From positions 2,534,475 through 2,598,474 of the forward strand of contig CM119264.1 of assembly GCA_051294375.1 (NCBI GenBank): 64,000 nucleotides of DNA, given 5' to 3'. Source of the stretch: Paraspadella gotoi. Its lineage: Eukaryota > Animalia > Chaetognatha. The position numbers and the translations under genes are program-made. The first letter of the stretch is position 1. Each line of letters starts with the position of its first letter. The notes beneath the pieces were generated by a model, which made no database searches, was not told the origin of the DNA, and was given only the letters and a program-made list of their open reading frames with translations. Shown here one piece after another: positions 25,981 to 40,312 of the stretch.

Positions 25981-27320
25981 AAGATCTTGGTCGGTCTGTC
26001 ATTTCCTCCGCAAGGATTCTCCCGTATTTCATCTCCGGTTCCTCGCAAGGCGATCCAAGATGCTTTCAATGTGGCTCATGTCAGAGTCGGCGGTCGGACG
26101 GCTTGTCCAGAAAAATTGCAACCTGAAACCAATTGGGGGGGGGGGGGTTAGGATTAAACAGAACTAAATACCGAGAGGTAATTCACCAACTCAGAGAAAT
26201 TATAACATTAAAATTAATAAATAACTGATAGATTATAAATAAAATGAAATAAATAATAAAAAATAAATAATCGAAGTCAATCAATCAAGTCAATCATCAA
26301 ATCAACTAACTATGAATGAATGAATGAATCAAATCAACATCAATCCATCAAGTCAATTAGTCATATAAAAATCCATATCATAATCAGCGATCATAAATCC
26401 ATCAAATCAATAATTAGTCAATCAATCAATCTCATCATTCAATCAATCACAAATCAAATTAGTACAGATGTCAATCCCACATCAATTAATTAGTCAATCA
26501 AATCAATCATAGTTCAATTCATTAATCAAATCAATCAATCGCAATCAATCAAATCAATGAATGCAATCAATCACAAGTCAAGTCAATCAACTCAAACTCA
26601 AACATACATCCCTAGGTGGTGGCGTTCTCGCACAAACGACGAAGAGTTGGACGCCTCGTGTCGACGAGACGCACGTGTCTCGAAAGCGGCGACGACAGGT
26701 CGGGACTGCTTGTTGAAGACTTTAGCGGAAGCCAAACTCGAGACGTTTGGTAGCTTTGAGGTTTTTTTGAGGGTGTTAGCCGCAAGCGATGGGTTACGGG
26801 ACACTCGTGCCCAGTTGGCAACTCACACGCAGTCCTTTTATACCAGGAAGGCATTAAGGTTAAATCATAATATGATCGGGAAATTACAATAAGAAAAGGT
26901 ACATTTTTTCTTCTAGCTTCAAATTTTTTTTTCTCGACATACATTTCGCTATCGATTGAATATTTGGGCCGAAACCGTTTTTCGCCGCAGGACATTCAGA
27001 AACATTACCTTAATTTCTTTAAAAAGAAATTGTTTAAAAAGAAAAAAATTATTCTCTCTCTCTCTCTCCTCTCTTCGTCCACTCCTCCTCGTGCGCATCC
27101 TCTCTTTCATCCGTCTCGCTCGTCTCTCTCGTCTCATCTCTCTCCTCGCCCTCATGTCAACGAGTTCCCACCCAGGCCACTCGCTGCCGCTCTCTCCTCC
27201 TCACCTCTTTTTCTTTCTTCAAATTCTCAAATTCCGACTGCAGTTTCTCCAACTTGTTCACATTTTTTTGAAGTTTCTCCAGTTTCGCTTCGACCTCCGC
27301 CAGATCGCAGCCTTGAAGGT
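25981..27320 (-). CDS. Uncharacterised multi-exon gene with coiled-coil segment
   Basis: Exon-like blocks ~27203-27320 (LQGCDLAEVEAKLEKLQKNVNKLEKLQSEFENLKKEKE then GTGAG), ~26608-26835 and ~26029-26122 (tttcag|G LQFFWTSRPTADSDMSHIESILDRLA). Family not recognised. Confidence 0.4.
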
Positions 27321-30300
27321 CGGGGAGTTAAAGACACACGTCTTTTTTTAAAAAGGAAACAAAAGACACCCAAGAATGGATTAAAGATCAAGAATTCAAA
27401 GAAGCAAAAAATTAAAAGGTCGAAAAACATGTCTGAACATGAGAGTGTGAAGGGACGAACCATAAGCCAGAGTAAAATATAAAAAAACGAAGAGAGGTAA
27501 TAATGTTTTTTTCTTGTGATAATGGGAAAGGATGATTAGGAGGCAAAAGCCGGGGGGGGGGTATTTTAGTTTGAGCAGCATTAGTTTCGTGAGTTTATTT
27601 TAAACCTTTAAAACAATGTTTTTCCAAAGGTTTGAGGGTATTAAACTTTTCGAATTTTTTATGTATTAAAAGTTAACCTTAAAAACTTTTTTTTTTTCAA
27701 CTGGCAGTTTTTAGAATAACTAGTGGGCAAAAGCAAAACTAAGCGTATTGTGTAGTGCATATATTGTAGAATCAATATTATTCATAACAGTATGCATAGT
27801 TATGCATAGTTATTGGGGGTGAGGAATAATAGGGAGGACACAGCGGGAGTAGAATAGTATTTAGTGTGAGAGTAGAATCATTATCGTCTTGAGAGTAGAA
27901 TCGTATTCAAAGTCTTAGATAGAAATTTTTCTTTTCAACTCATTTTTTATCTTATTCTTTTCAACCTCACCCTTTCTCATCCACCCTCCCCTCTCACACT
28001 CCTCCCCTCATTCTCACCCTCCCCTCCCNNNNNNNNNNNNNNNNNNNNNNNNNNNNNNNNNNNNNNNNNNNNNNNNNNNNNNNNNTCCCACACATCCTAG
28101 TCCCTCTTTCTTTCTCCCCTAACCCTAAAAAAAATGAAGTAATTCCGAAACGAATCATTTCTTTTTTCGTTTCTTATCGTTTCTTTCTTTCTTTCCTTTT
28201 CTTATCTTTCTTGTCTTTCTTTCTTTTTTCTTTTTCTTATTTCTTTTTCCTTTCTTTCTTTCTTTCTACTATTTCGTTTCCTTTCATCATTTTTTTTTCA
28301 AAATGTCAACAGTAAAATTTTCGCGACCTTTTTTCTTCTCTGGTGATCTGGTCGAGGGAATCACAGGCTTCATCCAAACTTGAGTCTGTTGTTGTTGTTG
28401 TTGTTNNNNNNNNNNNNNNNNNNNNNNNNNNNNNNNNNNNNNNNNNNNNNNNNNNNNNNNNNNNNNNNNNNNNNNNNNNNNNNNNNNNNNNNNNNNNNNN
28501 NNNNNNNNNNNNNNNNNNNNNNNNNNNNNNNNNNNNNNNNNNNNNNNNNNNNNNNNNNNNNNNNNNNNNNNNNNNNNNNNNNNNNNNNNNNNNNNNNNNN
28601 NNNNNNNNNNNNNNNNNNNNNNNNNNNNNNNNNNNNNNNNNCTAAATATTAAAACATTAAATAATAAATAAGTATGAAATATGTTAACAACAAAAGTTTA
28701 AAAGTTGATCAGGACTTTTCTTTCATGCAATTGATCTTTAAGATGATTACTTGACTTAAAAATAAAAAACATATGCTAAATAATTATCTCGTGGTTCATA
28801 TAACTTTTGTATCGACTATCGAGTATTAGTATTAGTATTAGTATTAGAATCTTATTGTATTATCCNNNNNNNNNNNNNNNNNNNNNNNNNNNNNNNNNNN
28901 NNNNNNNNNNNNNNNNNNNNNNNNNNNNNNNNNNNNNNNNNNNNNNNNNNNNNNNNNNNNNNNNNNNNNNNNNNNNNNNNNNNNNNNNNNNNNNNNNNNN
29001 NNNNNNNNNNNNNNNNNNNNNNNNNNNNNNNNNNNNNNNNNNNNNNNNNNNNNNNNNNNNNNNNNNNNNNNNNNNNNNNNNNNNNNNNNNNNNNNNNNNN
29101 NNNNNNNNNNNNNNNNNNNNNNNNNNNNNNNNNNNNNNNNNNNNNNNNNNNNNNNNNNNNNNNNNNNNNNNNNNNNNNNNNNNNNNNNNNNNNNNNNNNN
29201 NNNNNNNNNNNNNNNNNNNNNNNNNNNNNNNNNNNNNNNNNNNNNNNNNNNNNNNNNNNNNNNNNNNNNNNNNNNNNNNNNNNNNNNNNNNNNNNNNNNN
29301 NNNNNNNNNNNNNNNNNNNNNNNNNNNNNNNNNNNNNNNNNNNNNNNNNNNNNNNNNNNNNNNNNNNNNNNNNNNNNNNNNNNNNNNNNNNNNNNNNNNN
29401 NNNNNNNNNNNNNNNNNNNNNNNNNNNNNNNNNNNNNNNNNNNNNNNNNNNNNNNNNNNNNNNNNNNNNNNNNNNNNNNNNNNNNNNNNNNNNNNNNNNN
29501 NNNNNNNNNNNNNNNNNNNNNNNNNNNNNNNNNNNNNNNNNNNNNNNNNNNNNNNNNNNNNNNNNNNNNNNNNNNNNNNNNNNNNNNNNNNNNNNNNNNN
29601 NNNNNNNNNNNNNNNNNNNNNNNNNNNNNNNNNNNNNNNNNNNNNNNNNCTTTATAAAATTATGAAAAATTACGAAGGTTAAAATAATATACTACTCTAT
29701 TTATGCACCGAAAAGGCTAATTGGTTAGATAATAAAAAATTATAAATATAAACTTAAATCATAAACATTATCATTCCCACTAGATGTTTAAAAAAAAAAT
29801 TCTGATTAATGTTTTGTTTGTAAACGTTTACCTATTCCTTGATATGAATACTGAATAAAGTATTACTTACTTTTTTAGAAATCTATATGCCGTTATCATG
29901 AAAAAAATTAATTTACTTTAATACTATTTTCTTATTATTATACTATATTACTATTATTAGACTCAATTTTCGATTTTAAAAAGAAACAAAAGACAAACGA
30001 AGCGAAAAATAAAAGTTTCGAGACATTTGCTCCGATTTTTTCACAGCGGGAGTCACGTTTACATTCTAGTAAAAAAACTCTCTCTCTCTCTCTCNNNNNN
30101 NNNNNNNNNNNNNNNNNNNNNNNNNNNNNNNNNNNNNNNNNNNNNNNNNNNNNNNNNNNNNNNNNNNNNNNNNNNNNNNNNNNNNNNNNNNNNNNNNNNN
30201 NNNNNNNNNNNNNNNNNNNNNNNNNNNNNNNNNNNNNNNNNNNNNNNNNNNNNNNNNNNNNNNNNNNNNNNNNNNNNNNNNNNNNNNNNNNNNNNNNNNN

Positions 30301-30859
30301 NNNNNNNNNNNNNNNNNNNNNNNNNNNNNNNNNNNNNNNNNNNNNNNNNNNNNNNNNNNNNNNNNNNNNNNNNNNNNNNNNNNNNNNNNNNNNNNNNNNN
30401 NNNNNNNNNNNNNNNNNNNNNNNNNNNNNNNNNNNNNNNNNNNNNNNNNNNNNNNNNNNNNNNNNNNNNNNNNNNNNNNNNNNNNNNNNNNNNNNNNNNN
30501 NNNNNNNNNNNNNNNNNNNNNNNNNNNNNNNNNNNNNNNNNNNNNNNNNNNNNNNNNNNNNNNNNNNNNNNNNNNNNNNNNNNNNNNNNNNNNNNNNNNN
30601 NNNNNNNNNNNNNNNNNNNNNNNNNNNNNNNNNNNNNNATTGAATAACGATAATTAATAATAAATAATATTTTTAATAAAAACTAAAAACAAGCGCATGC
30701 CACTGGCACATCGCCTTTTGTTTTTTCCCCCCTTCGTTCGATCGAAGGAAATGAAATGTCATCATTAAAAAATCGCGATGGGAAATTTGTTTCCCTCTTC
30801 TGACCAAAGAATCTTTTTTTTTTGCCCTCAAATGTAAATTTCACGCCCTGTTTCGCGCC

Positions 30860-31168
30860 CGGGACGGCAGCCCCACGGGCCAAAGGGGCGATCCCCGAGG
30901 GGCCAGGGGGAATGGGCGGGCGATCCCCACGGGGCCAAGTGGAGATAGACGGGCGATCCCCACGGGGCCGAGTGGAGATGTCGGGCTATTCATTCGGGGC
31001 CATTGGGGCCATTGAAGGCTTTCCTTGGAGGATTTGGATGGGTCAACCCCACGGGGCCAGTAGGAGATGGATGGGCATTGGGAAATCCCTGCTAGGTCAG
31101 GGGGGAGATGGACTGGGGAAAGCCGTGGGGCCAGGTGGTGATCCTCAAGAGCGCTAGTGGCCAGTCCT
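30860..31168. repeat. GC-rich ~33-bp minisatellite
   Basis: Units like gggcgatccccacggggccaagtggagatagac at about 30886, 30918, 30951 and 31040, plus more degenerate copies. Confidence 0.75.
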
Positions 31169-31212
31169 NNNNNNNNNNNNNNNNNNNNNNNNNCTTCACT
31201 AAGAGAGAGAGA

Positions 31213-31309
<97 letters not shown>

Positions 31310-31323
31310 AAGAAGGAAAAGGG

Positions 31324-34300
31324 AAAGGTTTCGTTTAGTGTGAGAGAATGATTCACTTTGGTGGAACTGTGCATTGTTCAGATGGCCACACTGAATGAAT
31401 TTGAATGTTGTTGCTTTTTATTGTTTTCACTTTTTGTAACTTTAATTTTAACTTTTAAATTTTATTTTTAAAAATCCCTATTTTAAGTTTCGAAAAGAGA
31501 TTACCATTGTCAGTGTGTTACTAGATTAGATTGGTTCGATAACAGAAAATCGTGAATCACTTATTTGCAAATGTTTTGGATAAACTATGATACCGGTAAA
31601 TAATTGAAATTGCACATAAAAAAGCTAAATCAAATAGGGATTTTGCACATGAGAAATTTTAATTCTTCAGATCAAAACTTTAATAAATATTACATACTCT
31701 GGGGCAAAAAAAAAGAGAGCCGAGTCGTACGGGAGTATATCACTGAATTTCGATCCTTGAACATTCAGGTTCTAACCCACAAAAAAAAATCGCTTCTTAT
31801 AATAATTATCTAGAAATATGAATACTAAAAATAATAAAACTTACTTTTTAATGAGGAAGTGAGGACGGAGAAACTAAGCCAGTCTCAAAGTAGAGCGATT
31901 AGCAAAATAGAGTCTTCGTCGTCATTCTTTCATTTACTGAAATATAAATATTAAATGTAAACATTTATTATGTTGTCATTATGAGGCTTACCAAACGAAA
32001 ACAAATAGTCTCCGACACGGGTAGCAAAAAAATATAAAACCGAACCAAAATTGATAAGGTTCGATGGGTTGGGAAGAGTCTCTTCAGATTTAAAGCAGAT
32101 AAAGTAAATACATTCTTTGAATATATTATACACATTCATTGATGGGAAAAGTCAGGTACTTTCTCGGGAGTGATGTGAAAAACTAGTCTGAGAGAGAGTT
32201 TTGATTGAAACTTACAGGCGGACCTGCTATGTCATTATATTGTAAGAGTGATGGAGCCCTTAAACCCCAACAGCCTTGTCCAAAAGCTCAGGGGCAACAT
32301 TATAAATAAATGGATAATCTTATATTGGTTGTACCAATGTTCATTTCAATAATTGTATTTGATTCAAATGCGGTGTAAAAAATTGTTTTCACCCGATCTA
32401 GAACTTGACGGGTGGTGTCTTTTATATTATTGGAACAGTCTGTACACATGTGTACCACTTCAGCCAGGACAGTGAAGAGTGTTACATTTGAGCTGCGTAT
32501 TTAATTCTGTAAGGAAGAATGGAGGTCTTAATCGTCCGTCCAAAGTCAGCAGCTTATTTTATCGAAATGAATGAATAATTTTCTATTCATGTAACAATTT
32601 GTATATACATTTAAAATGATAAAAAAGTCATCATTTCTCAAGTTTAAAAATAGTAGATTGAACCAAAAAAGTTCATCAAAAAATATACGTATAATATAGT
32701 AACTCCGGTTCCACAAATTGTCACCGTGATTGTGAAAAAAAGCGACAATTCGTTAGTAATCGTGGAATGACTTTTTTAAATTGACTCAGATGGTGAGTCC
32801 GTTTGCGTTGCATGAGCGCACTATGATGACAGAATCAAACGTTTTGCTCGTTGCTAATTATTTTTTTTCATTTGTAAATGGTCAAGAGTATTTAGTAATT
32901 TATTGGCTGGATGTCGAGAGAATCTGAATATTTTTTAAATGTATAGTGAGACTTTTAAAACATTATGAAACGCATGATGAGAAAGACCCCGTTTGATCCG
33001 GCTGATGTGTGACCAACAACTCCAACGACGAGGAAAGCGCCGATGAGCGAAAATTTGACAAAAAATCTAAGAAGAATAATCTGTTCGCGTTTGCTTTTTT
33101 AGAGCGGTCTGTCTTCTCTCTCTCCTCTCATCTCTCTCTCTCCTCTCTCTTCTCCTCTCTCTCCTCTCTCTCTCTCTCCTCTCTCTCTATCTCTCTCTCT
33201 CTCTCTCTAACTCTCTTACTTGAAGAGATTTAAAAGAGATTTAAAATCGCCTAGGAGTAACGTAAAAACATTTACATCCGTTGTAAGAAAAAAAAAACTG
33301 TTGCCAAAAAATTAAAAAAAAAAGCGAAAACCCCCCCCTGCCCTTCCAACACGAAAGTCGCCCGGATCAAAAAGACGAACGCGATGAGGACGACGACGAA
33401 GAGCGACGACGTAAATCGACGACTGATCACGGCGCACTTCACCGCCGAAAACGACGAACGACGACGTACGACGATCGAGCGAAAGCCTGAAAAGAGAATT
33501 CCCGCAAGATAACGCGACAAAAGGGATGAAAAAGCTTTCCAGGGGAAAAAAGTGTCTATCAACGTGAACGAGAAAAAAAGAAAGAAAAAAGAAAGAAAAA
33601 GAAATTACTCAAAATAAGAAAAAAAAAATAGAAAAAAAGAAAAGGATCGTTTGGTCATATAAAAAGGAAAGAAAAAAAAAGGTTATAAATCTTATTTTGT
33701 CTACTTAAAACCTTTTTTTTATCCGAATTTGGGACCACGTGCTGATTCCTCTGCCAAACTTTTTACTTTATTTTTTTTCCTTTTTCAAAAAAGCAAAGGT
33801 TGATCTATTTGTTGGGGACATTCGCGTGGCATCTTTTCTTCTTTATTTTTTTCTGTTTCGCGCGCGACATCTACAGGGATTAAGAATCGGAGGTGGAGCG
33901 ATCATTGTCAGCGTCATTTTTAAAAGAGGAAAAATGTATTGCTGAATGTTCGACTTTAAATTTGACATCACGTTACCGTCATTATTTCTTGAACCAAATA
34001 ATTCTTTAGCTATCATTCTCACCAAAAAATCATTCACTAACTCAATACCCATTACATAATTCCATTCATTAATGCATTCATCAATCACTCACTCTCTCAC
34101 TCACTTCACTGACTCCCTCTCTTCACTCACTCTCTCACTCACTCACTAACTCCCCCACTCAAGTTTCTCATCACCCAAACACTTTCGTCAATATCGTTGT
34201 TTTCACGCGGTTTTGTCTTCGGCCACTTTCACTTTTCACTGTTTCACTTTTCACTTTTCACCTCACCGAAATAGAATCAAAGAGACAATTTCTCTTTTTT

Positions 34301-37161
34301 GGCCTCACAGGTCGGTCTTAATGTACCGTGGTCGTTACTATTTTTCCTCGTTCTTAATACACGGTCGTCTGATACGTGGCAATACACGGCTGGTTCCAAT
34401 AATTATTTTGTCTCATAACACGGTCTGGGTCTTATCTACGATTTTGGTCTTGTCGGTCAGTTAAAACAAATTTAACACACGCCTATTTTAAAACACGGCA
34501 TGTCTTAATACTAGGTGTTTATCACGGTCGGCTTGTATTTAGTCAGTTAACTAGTATCAATCATGCTTTTTACTTAATTTTACAGTTCTACTTAATAAAA
34601 AAAAATCTACCACTAATCTTAAAATTTGAATTCAAGAACTAACGTATCTTTGAGTTAAGAACGCTCAATGATAAATTTTTTCATACTCCCATATTCGTCT
34701 TTAAAACCCTGCCGCTGCCATCCGGCGGTGCCGCTCGCTTCCCTCCAACTTATTTTCTTCCGTATTTTTTTTTCTTTCTAACTTCAAGAAGAAAAAAAAA
34801 CAATAAAACCGGTTTCACTCTTCCTCCTCCTCTTCCTTCTCCTCCCTTCATTTCCATTCCACTTACTCTTACTTCCTCTTTCCTCTTTTCCCCATCTTCT
34901 CTTTTCCCTTCCTCTTCCCTTCTCTTCCTTCTCTCCCTCCTATTCTCCTCCTATTCCTCTCCCCTTCTTCTTTTATTTTCTTCTACTCTTCCCCCTCTTT
35001 CTCTTTCCCCTTCCACTTCCTCCTGTCTTCGCTTCCTTTTCCCCTCCTCTTCCTCTTCCCACTCACGTACTCCTCCTCTTCCGTTTACTTTTCCCCTCCT
35101 CTTCTCTCCTGCTTCTCTTCCACTTCGGCCTCTTTCATCCTCATCTTCCTCTTCTCTTCCCCAAAGGTTTCGTTATGTGAGAATGACTTCACTTTGGTAA
35201 CTGTGCATTGTTCAATGGCCACCTGATGAATTTGAATGTTGGTTGTTTTTATTGTTTCACTTTTTAACTTTATTTTAATTTTAAATTTTATTTTTAAAAA
35301 TCCCCTATTTTAATTTCGAAAAGAGATTACCATTGTAGTGTGTTACTGATAGATTGAGTTCGATAACAGAAAATGTGAATCACTTATTTGCAAAATGTTT
35401 GATAAATATTGATACCGGTAAATAATTGAAATCACATAAAAAAGCTAAATCAAATAGGGATTTTGCATGAGAAATTTTAAATTTTCAAGATCAAAACTTT
35501 TAATAAATATAAATATCTGGCGGCAAAAAAGAAAAGATCAATAGGATATTTGATTGATCCTTAACATTCAGGTTCTAACCACAAACAAAAAATCAGCTTC
35601 TTATAATAATTACTAGAAATATAATACTCAAAATAATAAAACTTACTTTTTAATGAGGAAGTGAGGACGGAAGAAACTAAGCAGCCAAAGAGGAGAAAAA
35701 TCTTCGTCGTCATTTTCATTTACTGAAAATAAATGTAAATGTAACATTTATTATGTTGTCATAAGGTTACCAAACGAAAACAAAATAGTCTCACGACACG
35801 GGTAGCAAAAAAATATGAAAACGAACCAAATTGATAAGTTCGATGGGTTGGGAAGAGTTCTTCAGATTTAAAGCAGATAAAGTAAATACATTCTTTGAAA
35901 TATTATACCACTTCATTGATGGGAAAGTCAGGTACTCTGGGAGTGAATAAACTAGTCTGAGAGAGAGTTTTGATTGAAAGCTTACAGGGACCTGCTATGT
36001 CATTATCTTGTAAGAGTGATGGAGGCCTTAAACCACCAAAGCCTGTCCAAAGTCAGGGGCAACATTATTAAATAAATGGATAATCTTATATTGGTTGTAC
36101 CAATTTCATTTCATATTGTATTTTGATTCAAATGCGGTGTAAAAAATTGTTTTCCCCGATCTAATACTTGAGGGAGTGGTTCTTTTATATTATTGAAACA
36201 GTTGTAACATTATACCACTTCAACCAGACAGTGAGAGAGTGTTACATTTGAGCTGCGTTATTAATTTGTAAGAAGAATGGAGGTCTTAATCGTCCAGTCC
36301 AAAGTCAGCCAGCTTATTTATCGAATGAATGAATAATTTTCTATTCATTGTAACAATTTTATATACATTTAAAATGATAAAAAAGTATCATTTCTCAAGT
36401 TTAAAATAGTAGATTGACAAAAAGTTCATCAAAATATACGTATAATATAAACTCCGGTTCACAAATTGTCACGTGATCATGTGAAAAAAAGCGAAATTCG
36501 TTAATCGTGGATGACATTTTTTTAAATTGACTTCAGATGGTTGAGTCCGTTTGCGTTGATGAAGCGCCATTGATGACAGAATCAAACGTTTTGCTCGTTG
36601 CTAATTATTTTTTTNNNNNNNNNNNNNNNNNNNNNNNNNNNNNNNNNNNNNNNNNNNNNNNNNNNNNNNNNNNNNNNNNNNNNNNNNNNNNNNNNNNNNN
36701 NNNNNNNNNNNNNNNNNNNNNNNNNNNNNNNNNNNNNNNNNNNNNNNNNNNNNNNNNNNNNNNNNNNNNNNNNNNNNNNNNNNNNNNNNNNNNNNNNNNN
36801 NNNNNNNNNNNNNNNNNNNNNNNNNNNNNNNNNNNNNNNNNNNNNNNNNNNNNNNNNNNNNNNNNNNNNNNNNNNNNNNNNNNNNNNNNNNNNNNNNNNN
36901 NNNNNNNNNNNNNNNNNNNNNNNNNNNNNNNNNNNNNNNNNNNNNNNNNNNNNNNTAAAAGAGATTTAAAATCCCTAGGGAGTAAGGTAAAACATTTAAT
37001 CCGTTGTTAAGAAAAAAAAAATGTTGCCAAGAGATTAAAAAAAATAAACGAAAACCCCCCCCTTCCCACACGAAAGTTCGCCGGACAAAAAGACGAACGC
37101 GATGAGGACGACGACGAAGACGACGCTAAATCGACGACCGATCACGGCGCTCACCGCCGAA

Positions 37162-37196
<35 letters not shown>

Positions 37197-38850
37197 AAGC
37201 CGTGAAAAGAATCCACGCAAATAACGCGGACAAAAGGATGAAAAAGCTTCCAGGGAGAAAAAAGTGTCTATCAAGTGTAACGAGAAAGAAAAGAAAAAAA
37301 AAGAAAGAAAAATAAATTACTCAAAAAAGAAAAAAAAAAGAAAAAAAGAAAAAGATCGTTTGTCAATATAAAATAGAAAGAAAAAAAAGGTTAATAAAAT
37401 CTATTTGTCTACTTAAAAACCTTTTTTTACTCTCGAATTTGGGAACGTGATTCCTCTCCAACTTTTTACTTTATTTTTTTTCCTTTTTCAAAAAGCAAAG
37501 GTTGATCTTTTGTTGGGGAATTTCGCGTGGCATCTTTTCTTTATTTTTCTGTTTCGCGCGCGACATCTACGGGATTGAATCGGAGGTGGAGCGATCATTG
37601 TCAGCGTCATTTTAAAAGAGGAAAAAATTATGCTGAATGTTCGACTTTGAATTTGAACATCACCTACGCAATATTTCTTGAACCAAACTAATTTTAGCTA
37701 TCATTTCCCAAAAATCATTCACTAACTCAATAACCCATTCATTAATTCATTCATTTAATCATTCATTCAATCACTCACTCTCTCACTCACTCACTGACTC
37801 CCTCTCTCACTCACTCTCTCACTCACTCACTAACTCCCCCACACTCAGTTTCTCATCCACCCAAACACTTTCGTAATATCCGTTGTTTTCACGCGGTTTT
37901 GTCTTCGGCACTTTTCACTTTTCACTTTTCACTTTTCACCTTCACCGAAAATAGAATCAAAGAGACAATTTCTCTTTTTGGCCTCACAGTCGGTCTTAAT
38001 GTACGTGGTCGGTTTTACTATTTTCTCGTTCTTAATACACGGTCGGTCTGAATACACGGTCGGTCTGAATACACGGCTGGTTCAAATAATTATTTTGTCT
38101 CATAACACGGTTGGTCTTTATACGATTTTGGTCTGTCGGTCAGTTAAAACAAATTTTAACACACGGCCTATTTTAAAACACGGCATGTCTTAATACTAGG
38201 TGTTTATCACGGTCGGCTTGATATTTAGTCAGTATACTAGTATCAATGCATGCTTTTTACTTAATTTACAGTTCTACTTAATTAAAAAAATTAACTTAAT
38301 CTTAAAATTTGAATTCAGAATAACGTATTTTGAGTTAAGAAACGCATTGATAAAATTTCATACCCCATACATTCGTCTTAAAACCTGCCGTGCCATCCGG
38401 GGTCCCGTCTCGCGCCCCTCCAACTATTTCTTCCCGATTTTTTTTTCTTTTCTAACTCAAGAAGAAAAAAAAACAATAAAACCGGTTTCCACCTCTTCCT
38501 CCTCCTCTTCCTCTTCCCCCTCCTCCTTCATTTCCATTTCCACTTACTCTTACTCTCCTCTTCCTCTTTCCCCATCTTCCTCTTTTCCCTCCTCTTCCCC
38601 CTCCTCTTCCTCTTCCCCCTCCTATTCCTCCTCCTATTCCTCTTCCCCTTCTTCTTTATTTTCTTCCTACTCTTCCCCTCCTCTTCCTCTTCCCCCTCCA
38701 CTTCTCTGTTCTTTCCGCTTCCTTTTCCCTCCTCTTCCTCTTCCCACTCCACGTACTCCTCCTCTTCCGCTTACTTTTCCCTCCTCTTCCTCTCCTGCTT
38801 CCTCTTCCACTTCGGCTCTTCTTCATCCTCATCTTCCTCTTCTCTTCCCC
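31324..38850. repeat. About 3.8-kb direct tandem duplication (31324-35161 and 35163-38850), probably a gap-filling artefact
   Basis: Both copies start aaaggtttcgtt..gtgagaatga..cactttggt and end ..catcttcctcttctcttccc. They differ mostly by 1-bp indels and sit just right of a 25-N gap. Confidence 0.85.
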
Positions 38851-39239
38851 CTCATCATCCGAACGAAACAACACCCTCCCTCCCTCATTGTCTCCATCAC
38901 CCCCCTCAACCGCCACCACCCTTCGAGTTTTTCAGGGTTTTTCCAAGGCGTCAACACATTTTTACGACCCACGGACGCCGTCGTCGTCTCTGCACGATAA
39001 GCCTTCGTCTTCGTCCATAAACTCAGATCTCAATACGATAAAAGGGACGAGGAATTTCCGGATCTCGAGTCTCGTCTCGGATTCGAACTTACTCACTGCC
39101 AATAACCCACTTCCACTTACCCACTGCTACTCACCATGCCACTCACGCCGCTGCCACTAACTCACCGCCACTTAACTACAGCCATTTACCAAATGCCACT
39201 TACCCATAGCCACCCTCACCCAATGCATCTTACCATCTG

Positions 39240-39705
39240 CCACACCTCCTTGCGGCCTCTAAGACATTCTCTGCCTCTAAGACATTCTCCGCCAGCCCTC
39301 CATTTCGGCCTCTAAGACATTCTCTGCCACGCCTCCTTGTGGCCTCTAGACATTCTCTGCCTCTAAGGCATTCTCCGCCACGCCTCATTTCCGGCCTCTA
39401 AGACATTCTCTGCCACGCCTCCTTGTGGCCTCTAAGAATTCTCCTGCTCTAAGACATTCTCTGCCTCTAAACATTCTCTGCCACACCTCCTTGCGCCTCT
39501 AAGACATTCTCTGCCTCTAAAAATTCTCTGTCTCTAAGACATTCTCCGCACGCCCTCTTGAGGCCGCTAAGACATTCCTCTGCCTCTAAGACATTCTCTG
39601 CCTCTATTACATTCTCCGCCACACGTCCTTGGGCCGTCTAAGACATTCTCCGCCACGCCTCCTTGCTGCCTGTAAGACATTCTCTGCCTCTAAGACATTC
39701 CCCGA
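39240..39705. repeat. Minisatellite of 18-bp gcctctaagacattctct units interleaved with a ~15-bp gccacacctccttg(c/t)g linker
   Basis: More than 15 copies of cctctaagacattctc in a higher-order pattern; preceded by a cacttacccactgc-type repeat at 39090-39240. Confidence 0.9.
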
Positions 39706-40312
39706 TTACGTTTGGTTTAAAAAAATACAATTCAAATTAAACCAAGCACAACACTTTTTAATTCCATTAACGCTTTTTTGTAATTCTAAACAACCAAAAG
39801 CGAGGTGCCCACCTCTCATCTTTCCACCTATTAAACCACTCTCTCCCTCTCTATCTCTCTCTCTCTCTCTCCCCCTCCTTCCCTCTTTTCTCATCCCCAT
39901 CGTCGGAGTCTTTTGTTCGAAAAGTCGAGAAAAGAAAAGAAAAGATGTCGCTTTCGCGCGGAAAATCAAACGGAGGGGGCGGAACAAAAGAGCGTCGGCG
40001 ACGAGGAAAGGAGGACGAGAACGACGATAACGACAACAACGACGAAGGGAAAAGAAGTTTCCTCTTGGTTTTTTTTTTCTCTTTTTTAATGATTAACTTT
40101 AATTATCTGAACCAAGGACGAACTCTCTGTTTAAGAGATTGCGATTAAATTAAATTGTCTCATATTGGTCGAGACCACAACCACTACAACCACAATCATC
40201 GCTATCAGTGGATATCCTGAGAAATGTTATGTATGAAAAGTGTTATAAAATGTATGTAAGAAAAAAATTTACAAAGAATTTAATAGGTTTGTTAACGATT
40301 TTTTATTTTATA

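Noticed and set aside
28343-30647. Long ORFs containing X runs (also 36537-37071 and 63228-63696)
   Set aside because: Open only because they cross N gaps.
31324-38850. Possible LTR pair or biological segmental duplication
   Set aside because: Copies are adjacent with no internal gag/pol or TG..CA ends, and differ mainly by single-base indels typical of raw long reads.
39240-39705. CRISPR-like repeat/spacer pattern
   Set aside because: Repeats are 18 bp, linkers are absent or near-identical 15-mers, there are no cas genes and the context is eukaryotic: a minisatellite.
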